Source of the DNA: Microthyrium microscopicum
Lineage: Eukaryota
Direction: 5' to 3'
Assembly (NCBI GenBank): GCA_010405405.1
Contig: MU004235.1
Location: 1,995,539 to 2,037,075 of the forward strand
Length of the DNA: 41,537 bases
A program made the translations under genes and the position numbers. Below, in pieces: positions 21,656 through 36,039 of this stretch; position 1 is the first letter of the stretch, and every line of letters begins with the position of its first letter. The notes below the pieces were generated by a model. That model was not told the origin of the DNA. It saw only the letters and a list, made by a program, of their open reading frames with translations, and did not search any database.

Positions 21656-22955
21656 TGTGTGTGATGGAGAAGAAAGAGGAGGATATGCGAAAGGCGTTGG
21701 AATGAAGAGGATTCAACTAAGACAAGAAGAAGAAAAGTTCAAGCTGTTGGAGGACTCGAGGTTAGCAAAAAGTTGATGGAAAAGGTGTTGGTTATGAAGA
21801 TGAGCTAGACGTACAAATACAACACCGGTAGTTGGTGAAGTAGTGAAGAGGGAGACTTGCAGTGAAGCTCGAGGAAGGATGAGGGAAAGAGAGTGAAAGT
21901 GGTGAGAGATGGCAAGAGAGAAAAGGTGAAGAAGGAGCACCCGACGATTAAATTGTATAGCGGCTTCCCGTTGTGGAAGAGAACAGAGTTTCGGCCACTT
22001 GTTCAATCGCTGGTCCCCAGTCTGTGCAGGAGCGATGTTGAGCCCCTTCCCAATTATTTCCACGCTAACCGCATCCAAAAAGTTCCACCGTGGCTCTTTC
22101 CCTTGAGCTACACCCCTGATCCCTGTCAAAGATGATTGCCCCTGCCCCGCCACAACATCTGTCCACAAAACCACTCGCCACTTCCTATTTCGGTTGAGAT
22201 CGTTCATTGTTCACTCTTCACAAAAAGACATGCCATGAAACCGTTATTATTGAATGCAGGTGATCATCATAACCTGAGAACATTGTATTCATCAGCTATT
22301 GAAAACCTAGCAGTAACAACCATATAGCCGAGACTAAGTAACGCAGTACACAGAGCCTCATATGCACCTTTACAGCCCGCGCACGCACTGCGCCATCTAC
22401 AACCTATCTGTATATCCAACCAAACATGAAACTCTTATAACCTTCAACGTATTATTAAACATTTAAAACATCGTTGCTGCAGGTACTTCCGAGTCATACT
22501 GTATGCACGCGCTCGCCGTGCCACAGGCGGACCAGAACAAAGGAAACAAATCTGGCCGCAAAGAGGAGCCAATAACTTGCTGAGAACGCCGATGACCCTG
22601 GCTGATTTGCTTTGCCCACTTTCGACGTCTACATAGGTATTCTGTTTGCAGTCATTTATTTCGCCGCTAAGAACACATATTTGTGGAATTCAACAGGATA
22701 TCAAATTGTGGATATGAATAGTATGAAGCTGGGTTAGCAATGATTGCGATATCATCACGTAGTAGAGTAGCATAAGATTGGTTCGTTAATGCAATCAATA
22801 TTGATGCGCGTCTTCGCGAATGGGTTTTTGAGTGTATAATCACGATAGTATTGCTGTTCATACCAATACTACTTCTAGGTATCAATCCCCCATTTTCATC
22901 AACTTCTTCATTTCTATTCATACCCAATTCCTTCTAGCCCATCCCCTCCCACCAA

Positions 22956-25900
22956 CTATCCATCATCACCCCGTCCCAAAAATCCAACTAACCACTCCCG
23001 AAATCCTTTCCCATCACCCCTAACCTTCCCCACATACGCCCCCACCAGCTCCTCACCAACACCCATACTCCCCAACTCATATCTCAGCGTCTGTTCATAC
23101 GCATTGCCGGTTTTCCGAAGCAACTCTTGCTGAAGGGCTGCAATTTCATGAACTACTAACCGGCCCGCTGGTTCGCGCACTTTGAAGGTAGGGGATGTGG
23201 GGATGGCCCAGCAAAGTGGACTGAAGCGCTGGATGATGAATGTGTCGAAGCCGGGAATTACAGGAGTCGGAGAGATGGCCGTTGGTGAAGTAGGGTCAAT
23301 AGCAGTATTGGTGGGCGCAGGAATAGTAAGAACGTCGGGGCCACCCCAGACAGTGGTCATGCGTGTTAGGAGACTGAAGGCGACGCGCGCGGTGGGAAGG
23401 TCGGCGGCGTCGCGAGTAAAGTGTTCAAGGGCGGATATTATGTTTTCAAAGGTTGTTTGATTGTCTGGCGACGGTTAGCGGACAGTATTTACTGGGGCAA
23501 AAGGGAGACTTACTGGAGGAAACTAGGACGGAGCCAAGGTCATGGGCGAGGATGGTGGAGACGAAACTAATGAATTTGCGACGGAGTTCGCCAAGTTGCA
23601 TTTCATCGTCTGTACCGTTAGCAGGTTCTGATAATCGCTGGAAAACGTGTTGGAGGAGAGGTGTGAGGATGACATCTAGGACGGATGAGATGCTGGTTTT
23701 GAAGGCAAAAATAATTTGAGTGAGCAGATGGAGGAAGGCGGATGTTTCTTCCTTTGATGACGATGGTGATAGAAGACCCTCGATCCAGCGTGGGAGTTGA
23801 GGAAGGATTCTATTTCCTGAGCCTCCGAGTAATCTCGCAAGTGAGTTTTGTGCTGCTTGTCGAATGGGAGCGGAAGAGTTGAGAGATTCGAGTGCTACTA
23901 TAATGGCCTCTCCACATCGCACAAACTCGTCCGATGTCTCTTGTGATGGTGGATCGCCGACTTTCATGCCTGGCATCCAGTCGGTAAAACCATGAGCTAG
24001 ACTACCAAGTGCCATTATATCATGATGGACTTGCATAACAGCTCGCTCATCACCAGACTTGGCAGTTCCAAGATTTTGTTCCATATCAGTGAAGATGGGA
24101 TTGATAATGGATTGAATATAGAGCACTTTCGTCTCTAGTGGAATGGTGGATGCAGAGGTGATACAACCAATCGATTCGAAGAGGTATAGCTGGCTGTTGA
24201 AAACCGGGTCATTGACATTGCTGACCTCGCTTGAGCTATCATCGTCATCATCCTCCCTATCTCCAGGAAGTGATGCTTTGATTGGTAACAAGTCGGCAAT
24301 TGCTTGTATGATGGTTTGTGAAACTTCGCCAAGATGACCTCGAAGTGTTCTTGTAAAACGCTGGAAGTTGTACCAGGCTTGTAACCGGACTCGAGCGTTG
24401 TCACTATGTGCATATCCAACAAGTGCTTCCAATGCAGCTGGAATCCATTGAGTGCTCGTCTCGAAAAATGTAGCATACCGAACACAGTTCTCTGCAAATT
24501 GCAGTTGCACAGCTGGATGTTGGTATCCTCCAACCTCTGTATACAGTTAGAGCCGAACATTGAAATCAAGTTGGATCTAACTTACTGCTTGCCATCATTT
24601 CCACTACCATTGTGCCCAGTTGTTCTGTCGCAAGAGATGGTCGCTTGTTCTTACGCTCGCGACTAGCGTGCTTTGCAGCTATCTCTCCAAAGAGATACAT
24701 TTGATAAAGAGCCAATTCAACTTCTCGCCAATCCATGGCTTGTGGATCTGCTGCAAAGCGTCTAAAGGTTTGTGTAACAAGTTCGCTAACAGTCATAATA
24801 ACAAGGTTCTCGTCAACATACGTGACCTGACCTTGTAAGGTGTTGAGTCGTTTTCTCAACTCCAGGAACTCGGCTTCATCCGTCTCTTCACCTTCTTCGC
24901 CCCAAGATGCTGTATCGTCGAATTTCATTTTCTGTATGATGGCTTGCAGGATTGATGGTAGAAGGTTGAGGTATTCCTGAGGTAATGTTTGCCCCGGCTT
25001 TTCTTTACCAATTCTCCGAAGAAAAGTGAGAACTTCCATGAGCCCATCTATGACTGTGTTACAGATCTCATCGTACTCATCCGCAAAGAATCGTAAAAGA
25101 TATGGAACAAATGTTTGCAACAGGCTGTTAGCTTCTTGCTTGACGTCGTTGGTAGCATCATCCGAGTCCAGAATTACGACCAAATCCCGAACAACGTAAT
25201 TAACAAGTTTTGCAACCGACTCGGCCAGATCAGTATCATATTTAGCGGTATTTCGATATCCTTCCAAGGCTTGGCTTCCAACCAGTTGGCTCACAACAGT
25301 TTGCAGATCCAGGCCTTTGATCAGCACAATCTTCTCCGGAGGGCGCATTTTCTTTGCTGCTATTTGAGTGAATGCTTCCAATGCCGAATCGCGTAGTTTA
25401 GACTGTGGAGAATTGGTAGCGCCGACGTCTTGCTGACCAACCAGTTCAAGGAGCGCAGTCAAAACTGTCTGATTAACTACCATATGAATGTCACTCCATC
25501 CAACCCAGCGAGCAATTGTTTTCAGACAGACATCCATGACGGTCTGATCGACCTCGCGCCATGTTGACAAAAGTGCTTGCCAGTATGCAGCAATTTTGGC
25601 AGCATCTCGCTCGCGGATCAAATCCCGAAGAGCTGTTGATCGCTTTGTCTTTTCTGGTGATCGATGAAGCATGACATCTGCAATCTCGTCGTGAATCGAG
25701 CCAAGCAGACGAAAATACATTATTGTGCCCGTGACGTTGCCACCAGGGCTCAGGCCATCCTTTGCCAGCAACAAGAAATCGTCAAAGACGCTTTGCCATG
25801 TAGTATCGTACAATGCGACGAAAAGATGGGTGAGGACCTGCGCTAGCTTATTTTGAATATGCGGAGAATCTGCCTTGCCGATGCCGGCACGACCATAGAT

Positions 25901-26229
25901 CTCGTGAACATAGGCCATGATATTGGAACGAATATACTCCAGGCTCTGTGGATCGCCTTCTAGATTCTCGACGCTTGTGGCTACGATTTCGAGGGCGAAA
26001 TGTCGTACGGTCTCCGCCGGTGGGGGAGATCGCGTGAAGAGCGGTAGGCAGGCTTGCCATGCCGTAGGTTCGGTTCGCAGTTGTTGGGTATATGAAAGAG
26101 CTTGACTTTTGAGGCTTGGGTCACTGGTCTGGGACCAGAGAAGCTCGATGGCATTCTCAATCTGTGGAGTGTGTTAACAAAAGTCCGTCGAGTTCCCACA
26201 GATAGGGTACACGCCTGGCTGGAGTCCAT
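22956..26229 (-). CDS. LOS1: exportin-T, tRNA export karyopherin (exons 26229-26215, 26161-24586, 24536-23514, 23464-22956)
   Basis: HEAT-repeat protein starting MDSSQIENAIELLW, with NKLAQVLTHLF, LRDLIRERD, AEFLELRKRL, WREVELALYQMYLFGE and FNSQLYLFESIG, typical of fungal Los1. Confidence 0.88.
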
Positions 26230-26813
26230 GGAGAAGGCCTTGGATCAATGCCGAGTTTGAGGGTGCTTTTTGCTACCGTAAAGGCTTCATTGATATGTGT
26301 AGGGAGTACCCGCGGTGAGATGAGTCGAAATTATCGGGCAGCCAGAGTCAGTGCGCTTCAGCTGGAGGAGTAAGGAGTTGGACGATGTGAATTCTATGAA
26401 GTAAGGCTTATGAGAGATATCAAGGGCTTAATGGATTCGTAGATAGAGATTCAATAGTTCTTCAAGAGAATTAAATGGTTCGAGTGTCGCGTGCTGGTGC
26501 AAAGAATCGTTGGTGGTGGTGGAATGTGGGCTGGTGCTTGGCGACTGTACAGGGATGCTTTTGGAGGTGACGTTGGAGCTTAAACGGCGCTTGCCTTTTT
26601 CGCCGCCGATTCCCCCCGCAACGCCACATATTTACCAATAAATCCATAAGGAGTCGTGAAATGCATAAAGAACTCATGAGCGATAGCAAAAGTACATTTG
26701 TAATGTATAAACAATCCCTTCAGCCTTCGCTTTTGAATGCATTGGTCCAAGCTACCGTCTACTAAATAGATATCTCACAGCCAATCTAACGACCTCTTCT
26801 TCTGTAAACAGAC

Positions 26814-28422
26814 CTAATTTCCATCAATAGTAGGCTCCAAGGTATTTCCACTGAAGGAGTTAGCTGATTCTATCACAAGTTCAGGGTCAATTAAACTTAC
26901 GCAGTAATGTTTGCCCATCCGATCAAACGCCAATGCTTCTCAATTCTACGCGACAACGCCACTTTTTCGCCAATCTCCGTACAAGCCGGACTGGTCAAGC
27001 TGAGACGAGCAACATCGGCTTTGACTGCAATGACTTTGGCTCCTGTGGCTGTGCTGCCGATGTTGACCATGAGGACTTCATTTTTGGCAAGTTTGCTGAC
27101 TTTGGCTTGTTTGCCATCTTCGGTCTTGACTCCCAGGAGTCGGCGGAGGAGGAAGTAATTTACTTCGAGTTCAGTGTAGATGGCAGGTAGTTTTCCTCTG
27201 AGACCGAGCACGAACCCGACAAGACGATCAGCTCTGCAGAGCGTAGGATCGACACGAGTACCGACACCTATAAATATTAGACTATTGCTACAGTAAATTC
27301 CGTATCAAGCTTACCAATGAGACCACCTGGAACGGCAAACTTGAGATCGTTTGTCTCGGCAAATAGAGAAACGACTCGACTGAAGATGGGCTTGCACTTA
27401 ATCTTGCCCTGGTCGTCCTTCGAGACAATTCCTGGCCTAATTTCTACTTCATCGCCAAGCTTTAGCACACCAGTAAGGATAGAACCACCAGCAACACCAC
27501 CTTTGAGGTCATCGATTTCTGCGCCCGGCTTGTTTACATCAAAACTTCGAATGACAATCATGTGTGGTGCTGTGGTAAAGTCGCGAGGGGGAACGGGAAT
27601 GGTATGGATGAGGTTCTCGTTGATTGCGTCAATGTTGAACTTCAGCTGAGCCGAGATAGGAATGATTGGGCTGCCATCAGCCACAGTGCCTCTGATAAAT
27701 TGCAATATGCTCTGGTAGTGTTGCAAGGCATTCTCCTCTTTCATTAAATCCACCTTGTTCTGAAGAATGATAATATGATTAAGTTTCATAATTTCGATGG
27801 CAGCCAGATGTTCGCTTGTCTGAGGTTGTGGGCATGTTTCATTTCCAGCGATGAGTAGAAGAGCGGCGTCCATGACAGCAGCTCCAGAAAGCATGGTACT
27901 CATGAGAATATCATGACCAGGGCAGTCGACGAACGAGACGTGTCGCATGAGTCTATATCTTCCTGTGCATCCTTCGCGTTCGCATGGTGGGTCTACCTCC
28001 TTGTTGCTCTTGTAGCTTCGATAGCATGTTGGGCGCGGGCATTCAGGGCTGTCGCATTTGTAAATCTTTGCATTCGCGTATCCCAATTTGATTGTGATGT
28101 TGCGCTCCAACTCATTTTTAAACCGGACAGTTTGAACGCCTGAGATGGCCTTGACCACTGTGGATTTTCCGTGTGCGACATGACCAATAGTTCCGATGTT
28201 GATGGTTGCTTGTCTCGAGATGATTTCGGGCGATAGAGGAGTGAGGGTTGAAAAGTCGACGTCTTTGGCATCAGGCTGTGGCGGTAGCTCAGGGGCTTTC
28301 TCTGGAATCGTCTCCTTCTTCATGGCTGACTTGACGGGTAGGTTGACGGGCTCGTTTGCCTCTTCTACCTCCGACTCGGAGCCGGAGGCAATATCATCTT
28401 GATACTCCTGATCAGAATCCAT
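26814..28422 (-). CDS. GCD11: translation initiation factor eIF2 gamma (exons 28422-27315, 27267-26901, 26850-26814)
   Basis: [54 protein letters not shown]. Confidence 0.97.
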
Positions 28423-29345
28423 GCTGGGTGGTTTGGTACGTGTGTGTGATTAAGTGGTTGGTTGGTAGACTGAGGGTCACAGTGAGGGCGGGTTGTTGTT
28501 GAATATCCTAAAGATATGGAAGTGATGACTGTGCAAGAGATGTGACGCAGAGCAGAGACTATATTTTCGGTCCTGGATAGTGGAAGTCGTGGTGGGGCAA
28601 CCGTATGGTGGGGCTACGGACTCACAGACTTGCCGTCTGTACCAATTGCCCAACTTCATCCCCTTCCGCCATCATTGCAACAGTTAATTCCGCCAGACTT
28701 GCTCAAGGCTTGGCTCCAGTTCGCAAATGTGTTAAGGGATATCGACGAGGCGAGTGAAAGAGCGACAACGAGACCAGTAAAGGCTCCACCAAGACCGCGT
28801 CGCGACCGTTATATGGCGCATGATATTTCAATCAGACTCTCCTGAACACTGGAAAGAAACTTCACTGAAATGGCTGGAGTTGAGGGTAGCCGCTGGTTGT
28901 CTACGTCAATCTTACCGCAAAGGATCAGGTAGAATACTTTATGGCGTTCAAAAGGCTGTCAATGCAGTCCTAACCTTTGCTATGCACTTATTTCTTTGCC
29001 ACCAATGAAGCGAAAGTAAACTCATGCGTATCTTTCTAGTTGTCTAGGAGTTCGATGGATATGTATATTCAAGAGAAACATTATCTAACAAGGCCACCCG
29101 CGTCTTAGCTGAGAATAAGTTCCTTAAGAAAGCCAAACTGATCTTGATGGTATGCCAGAAGGAGACAATGTCTTGAGTCCACATGCAGCAACTGACTCAT
29201 CAAAGCTCTCAGGTTATCGATGCCAGGTATCGAAATTTGTATTTAAGTGCTAATGGTACTAGTGGGATCAAATAGTACCAACACCTTGGTCTTCCACCAG
29301 TACTCGGCTTTGCAACCACAGCACGGCTCATGTATACACCATCAT

Positions 29346-30367
29346 TCATGCATGCAGGTACTTTGCCGCGTGCTCCAAATGATCATCAGCAAACGACGAA
29401 ATAAAGAAATAACTATGATCATAATCCGGCTGCATACGAATCGTTACCTGCATGGATGGGTCTCCATGATCTTTGACAGCACGGTCGAAATTCTCCGGTA
29501 GCAACTGGCCTTGTTTGTAGAAATTGTCGCCAGTTCCCTATTGTAAGATTAGCCACAAAATTCATCTGCGTTCAGATATACTGCTTACGACGTCGATAAG
29601 GATATCCATTGGCCCCTTGAACTTCTTGACTAGCTCAGTTGCGTCATGTTCTTTCCACAACTCCTGGTCGTCGCCGAGATAGCCTTTGAATGCCTTTTGT
29701 CCCCATGGACAGTTGATTGGATTGGCAATGGGCGCAAATGCTGAGCATGACTTGTATTTTGATGGGTTCTTTAAAAACTACAACGACCATTAGCAATTGT
29801 CGACAGCTAGAATGCAGGATTGAATGGCTTACAATGGTCAGTGCTCCATGGCCTCCCATACTGTGTCCTGTAATGCTCATTCTGCCACCATCTAACTGGG
29901 AGAACTCTTTAAAAAGTGTTTGTGGTAGCTCGTCAGTAATGTAAGAGTACATGTTGTACCCTTTTGTCCAAGGCTCTTTGGTGGCGTTGAGATAGAATCC
30001 AGCTCCAGTTCCAAAATCCCAGCTATCTTCCTCGCCCTGGATATCCAGACCCCCTATAACCGTGTTAGTGCCGGTATAAGGATGTAACTGTAGTTGAACT
30101 GTGGAACTTACGAGGAGACGTGTCTGGGAATACAATTGCAATGCCCAGTTTAGAGGCGCCCCTCAGAAAAGATCCCTTCTCAGCACCATTGTCACCAGTG
30201 CAAGTCAGCCCAGCAAGGTAAAATAGTACTGGAACTAGTTGATCATTTGATTGGGGTGGAAGATAGAGATTCAAGGACATGTCACAACTGGTAGACTCTG
30301 CTCGATGCTTTAGCTTCACAAGCTTACCCCCAAAGGAGGCAATTGTTGCTGTCGTCTCGAATCCCAT
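29346..30367 (-). CDS. S-formylglutathione hydrolase / esterase D (exons 30367-30112, 30053-29833, 29777-29589, 29537-29346)
   Basis: [31 protein letters not shown], catalytic GHSMGG, and [11 protein letters not shown]. Confidence 0.95.
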
Positions 30368-31517
30368 TGTGATCTTTTGTAAATGTAGGTATGTTTGTAT
30401 TGTTGATGAAGAAAGGAGAAAGTTTCAAAATGACGTTGAATGCATAAACCAGGAGTGCTGGTGGAGCTCTTGCCCCACTTCGACCGTGTAGTAAAGGGTC
30501 TGGAGTTGAGCCATCTGCTCCGGCTCTTTCTAGACATTCCATATAAATTTAAACTTCTCTGATACTCTCTATATTTTATGCTTCCACTCCGGATCAAGCC
30601 TCCATAGAAGCATTTCAAAGAGAAACCCCAGCTAACACATCCTCCTGCAATACACTTTGTCCAGTTCGATCAGGGACTCCCCAATGACGTACAATCTTTT
30701 CTTGAGCGGGATTCGAAAGCCAATATTCTCTCCATTGTATCTCTACCTACGCCAAAAGCTCAAATTAGCCGAGATTCAAAGAAGTGGCCTTTGGTCTGTC
30801 AGCCTGGCTTCTTTCACCCTTTCCTATCATCTCTGTCACAAGGTTTTGCTGGAAACTGAGCCTTGACGTTGAAAACTATGTTTGAACTCTGCGACGAGAA
30901 GCGAAAGATATCCTTGAAAGCGCGCCGTAGGAATGCAGTTAGGGACAGTAGTCGCGTGGGCATTATTTTCTTTTGCTAAAAGATACGATTGGCGTTACTA
31001 CTAGTCTAAAAGTGGATATGGAGAGAATCGATATCAACGGTTTCCCCAAACGGTTGATTGACCTTGATCACCTTCTCACCGAGCCAGTAACAGTATCGAC
31101 AATTGGAAAACCGATTGACATGTTTCTGACCATAGGAGTTCTGTTGTTCGCAGTAAGTTGTGCTCGGCTTGCTTTGTAAGGTCCAAAGAACGACGAGGAA
31201 ACAAGATTATGGTATCGACGCCACATAACTTTTGACCAATAAGCTTATCTACAACTCAACGCCACGCGACTAAGTCGAATAGTGATTGACTGAAGCGATA
31301 CCCAAGATTGGGGTCTGATAGATACGACTAATGGATAGGCGCTTCCCTTGATTGTCAGAGGGATGATGGCGACATTTAAGGACCGTTGAGAACGCCGTAT
31401 ACTGGGGCCGCAAAGGACCCTTTTGGTCTCCAGTACCCCGATTGTCGACATGTGAATGACACCACGACAAACATAGGACCTCGAACAAGAGAAGCCAGAA
31501 TCCAAAAACTTGTCGAA

Positions 31518-32806
31518 ATGGATGATTCCAAGGACGATAAGACCCCTATTTCCTCAGTTCATCCTATTCACGCACATCCCGTGGCCGCGACAACGACAAG
31601 ACAAGATAATGGCCATCCCTTACGAACCAGCTCTTTGATGCTTGCCATTCGAGCATGTCAAATAGTAGTGACTATTGCAGCTATTGCTACCAATGCAACT
31701 GATTTCTCAGCCTGGCACTCCAACGAATGCTCGGCTCCAGTTAAACTCGATTACAACGTTTCCATAGTACGCATATCTAATCCAGCAGTCGCCACGATGC
31801 TCTTGTGCTAATTCTGTCCAGGCAGCTCTATCTTTCCCCGTGCTCGCATATCTCATCCTAAACTCTGGATCCCTAGAAGCCAAATTTCGCTTTCTGCCAT
31901 GGCACCACCTCGCCCAAGCTGCAACAGACATTTTCATCACTGGTCTATGGATTGCGGCCGCCGCACTGTGGTCCGTCGACTTTACTTGCGATGAATTGTG
32001 CAATTTATGTGTGAGTTTTGGCATCGATAATGGGGGCAGCGCTGGTTTCCATCTACCATCGGCAATTGATCCCAATGAATACTGTTTTTGCACCTGGAAA
32101 AGCGACAACTCCAAACGAAGTCTTTCGAGGGGACACATACTCATGTCACGGGCGTCCCATATTGATACGCTCAGTGCGAGTGGGAAGAGTGCCAAAACAG
32201 CGGCGAAATCGACGACGAAGCTTGGGCTCGATTGGATTATGGTGTACGTATATTCTTTCGAATGCGACTTGTCTAGGGGAAATGCTGACGTTGGACAAAT
32301 CTAGTGTATTGTCTGGATTAGCTCTGATCCTAGGAATCGTTATCATACTGAGAGCCCGACGCGCTCAGAAGAACCCGCCGCCCAAAATTGAAATAGAGGC
32401 CAAGACAGAGATAGGGCCACGCCAGGAACGACCCATACCTCAATCAAACTACAGTTCGCACCGAGAGCGGCCATATAGCTACACCCAATACTCGACGTCG
32501 ATGGACTCAGCTGGTTCTAATGTGACTACTGCAGGAAATCAGAGTCCAGCGCCGGCGTACTATCAATCAATACAGGCTACTCAGCAGGCGATATCAATGC
32601 AGACACTGGCAGGCCTAGTGCCGCAGCCAAACGGATCTTCAGATGCACAGGGCGCGCCGGTCTATTCATCTACGATCGCCTCACCAGCATCACAGCCAAG
32701 GATGGGATATGGACGTCAGCAGGCGGGTTGTCGGCCCATGCGATATTCGGCTTCACATTCTACTCTTGGGTCTACCTTTTCCATTCCGGAGGAATCTGTT
32801 CGATAG
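31518..32806 (+). CDS. 4-TM membrane protein with Cys-rich loop and S/Q/P-rich tail (MARVEL-like topology); introns 31767-31821, 32244-32304
   Basis: Three ORFs join via GTACGC...CAG and GTACGT...TAG. Four hydrophobic segments, with a CDELCNLC...YCFC loop between TM3 and TM4. Confidence 0.7.
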
Positions 32807-33055
32807 CATCAATCCATGTCTCGTCATAGATGTTTGATACCCACATGGCGCTCTGAAGCATTTTTGCACGATCTTGATGTAAAGTACATAATGAATTAAT
32901 GCCAGTCGAGATGGATAGGCCATCGGATTCCATACGTCTTCTATGGTACACGAACTTCTCGCCGGCAAAATAGCGTTCTGAGCAACTTCAAGCAATGATC
33001 CAACACAAAAATAGGGCCAGTCAATTCGCAATCAACACACCATTGCGTAGCCATT

Positions 33056-35241
33056 CTAGGCTTGAAACTTTCCGACATTCTCCATCAAGGGATCCACTGG
33101 ACATGCGCTCAAGGCGTTGGCATGTTTCTCCAAGAGATTCCACAAAACCCAATCCTTTCTCTCCATGTGACGATAGTCGTCACGGTTTGCCTTTGCTGCA
33201 TCGATGCGATCAGTTTGATGTCGACAAAGAAGCAGGTTTTTGCCGTTATACCGTCCGTCGAAAGAGAAGTCGCCGTACGCAAGGATTTGAAGTGATGGAA
33301 TGCCGTTAGGTCCAAACGCCCAGTTGGCAAACTCGTGGAAAGCCTTGACTGGTCGAGGATGTCCGTTCTTGTCAAAGTCTTGGTCTCCACTGCCCTCGCG
33401 CATGGCTTCCGGGGTTAGCTCATATGGATCGAATGAAGGGTCATCTACTGGTGTGAGGTCTGTGAGTGTGCCCGCACCTTTCGCACCGATGCTGGGAAGC
33501 ACTCTTAGATCTCGGCCTGATTGGCGAAGATGTAGAACCTTGAGAGATGTGGATTTGGTGAATGGGTGAACACGCATTTTCTAGATTCGAATGTTAGCGC
33601 TTTGATCAGTTTACAAACAGGCTTCAAACTTACCAGGAGCTCGACATCGCAGCATAGACCAAAGAATTCCAAGTCGTGCCCAATCAATTTGTCTTCCCAT
33701 TTACCAATGCGCCAATTGAATCTGGTATAACCGCCTCTCATATTGACGAGATCACACTCCTCGTCTGTCCAAAGAGGATTCGACTTGTCATATCGATCCG
33801 AAAGGCGCATTCTTTGGTGGAAAACGTAGCTTCTCAAAGTCGATTTGTGGTGCTCAGTGAACTTCCAATCCTCCGTCCAAACAATATCATCGGAAATGCT
33901 TAGGAAAAGCTCCTCTAGGCCCTCAAATTTCTCCAGAAATGTTAACAAGTAGAAGCGAAGTGACGGTTGCCCTTGAACTGTCTGTTGGTAGTCCCATTGG
34001 ATTTCCAAGGTTTTAAGCTGTATAGATTGTTTTGCTTCGATGACCGCAATCAGCAGGTTTTCCCAGCCGTGGCATCGTCTTACTTTCAAAGTGCAGAGAC
34101 ATTCGATGTTAAGCGAGGATACAAAATCTCTCGATCGCTGGCACCATCCAGGTCCTGGTCGCGCCAACTCCATGTTTGACAACGAGAGCACGTTGAGATT
34201 AGGAAATTGCAATTGCAATCCTCCACCCACAGGACATCTGATGAGTAGCAGAGTATGACGATCAAGGCGATTAAAGTGGAATCGCCGCATCAAATCGTCA
34301 GTCCATTCAGTGTCTGGGCGTTGATCGAGACTCCAACCCATCGGTTCAAGTACCAGTTTCCTCAGCTGCGGCGCTGCATTGTTCAGCATATAGCCAAGGG
34401 ACACAATATCTCTAGTAGAGCGATAGCCTTTCCACGAGAGTTCTTTGAGTGATTTGAACTGGGACCCTTGATGTTCAATCTTGTAAATTGATCCTTGGTA
34501 GAAGATATTACTTGTGACCAGTTCCAAGCTTTCAATAGTGGACTGCTCGTTAGCAAGGTGGCCATCGCTGCCTAGTATCTCCCAGAGGACTGGAGTGCCA
34601 ATGTTGTTCCAGCTGTCACTGCATTAGTACTCACCGTAATAAGGTAGTTTATGGTTGTTTAGACTTACGTGAATTTCTTCAAATGGTTCTTCTTGAAGCG
34701 TTGCAGCGTACGCCAAATATTCAGGTCTAATTTCTCATCTGAGATTGGGCCACAACGGTTGCTGAATGTTTCTGCCGTCCAAAAAGAAATCTCATTGTGA
34801 TATAGAGATGTAACTTCGAACGACACGATCTTCTCAAAAGCGCACTCTTCATTTGCAAGAAGCGGCTGGAATTTCAAAGTCTCGACATTATATAACTTTA
34901 GTGCGTTGGACTTGTGGAGGATATATAGATTGGCGAGCCGGTTGAAATCTTTTGAGACAGCACAGAGGCTTAAGACATCTTGGCGGCGAGGGATCTGTAA
35001 CTGTCAGTCCAGATATCGAAACATAGAACGCAGATAGTAGAGGAACAAGATAAATCTTAGTTGCGTCAGACCGGCCAGCGCTGTTGCTACCAGCATAGCA
35101 GTCGATATTAGCCAATATAGACGTTACTGATATCGAAGCTGATAGGCGCACACCATGTATCTTGTTCACTAACGAAATTCGTGTACTTACCAGCTCAATG
35201 GCCATTAGCAGAAGCTCGTCAGGCAGCCCAATGATCGACAT
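33056..35241 (-). CDS. F-box domain protein with LRR-like C-terminal region (exons 35241-35191, 34994-34669, 34612-33634, 33580-33056)
   Basis: Spliced N-terminus LPDELLLMAIELIPRRQDVLSLCAVSKDFNRLA fits the F-box pattern. Downstream LKELSW, LRKLVL, LNVLSLSN, LEELFL units and WAFGPNGIPSLQILAYGDFS. Confidence 0.78.
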
Positions 35242-35638
35242 TGTGATTGTAGGGCGCGAAAGATCGCACTTGTAGTCAAGTAATGCAGGACGTAGTGTGG
35301 TAGTGGTTCAGATAGAGTGGATTGTTAGATGGATCAAGGTCGAAGGTGAGGGAAAAAGTGCGGAGAATCATGTGCCGGCTAGACTTGTGCCACATTTTCG
35401 AGGTACTGTTTGCATTTATAGTGCCGATGGAACTGCGAAGATCTGATATGGCTGAGCTAGCGGTTCGACGAAGAAGGTTAGTGGGATATGGGTATCAAAG
35501 GCAGGCACTAGACACCACGATTTCCGGTGCTCCTTCCAAGGTTCTTCGTAGCTCTTGCCGTTGTGCGGTCATGCTTTCTACACCTCACCAACATGGCCTT
35601 GATCTCTTGGTCTTATACAGCCCAAGAATCGCCTTAAT

Positions 35639-35686
35639 AACACGAACGTTAGAACGCGTTTAAGAACACGAACGTTAGAAAGCGTT
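35639..35686. repeat. short direct repeat
   Basis: aacacgaacgttagaa(c/a)gcgtt occurs twice, 26 bp apart. Confidence 0.75.
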
Positions 35687-36039
35687 ATGATCGTTATAAA
35701 GCAGTTTGAAAGCCAAAACAGGTGGACTTCAGCACGAATTCATCGAAAGTAATGTCCAACATTGGCTTTTATAGAGAGGAGATGCTACTTGATTTCTTAT
35801 GGCACGAGAAACAATTTTCAAGTTGCCATGAATTTTATGGTCAGTCGAGCATCTAACCATTTGATCGTTGAAGATGACCACGCAGTAGCAAAACAACGTC
35901 ATGAGAACATGGATATGATACTCTCTTCGAAAACCAAAGCCCAGTCATTATGATTTTCTGCTGAATCAAATTTCCAAGAGTGAGTAACGAAGTCCCATCG
36001 AATGCGATGGTACTCATTATACCTGTTAAACATAATATA

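Noticed and set aside
22148..22168. UPRE-like TGGACAGATG upstream of BiP
   Set aside because: Only a partial match to the yeast CAGCGTG core; not supportable by eye.
29400..29447. Extra intron at CAG|GTAACG in the esterase
   Set aside because: Read-through gives the conserved [15 protein letters not shown] segment containing the catalytic His.
10130..35241. Functional gene cluster linking the array with the neighbouring genes
   Set aside because: The neighbours are unrelated housekeeping genes; nothing beyond adjacency supports a link.
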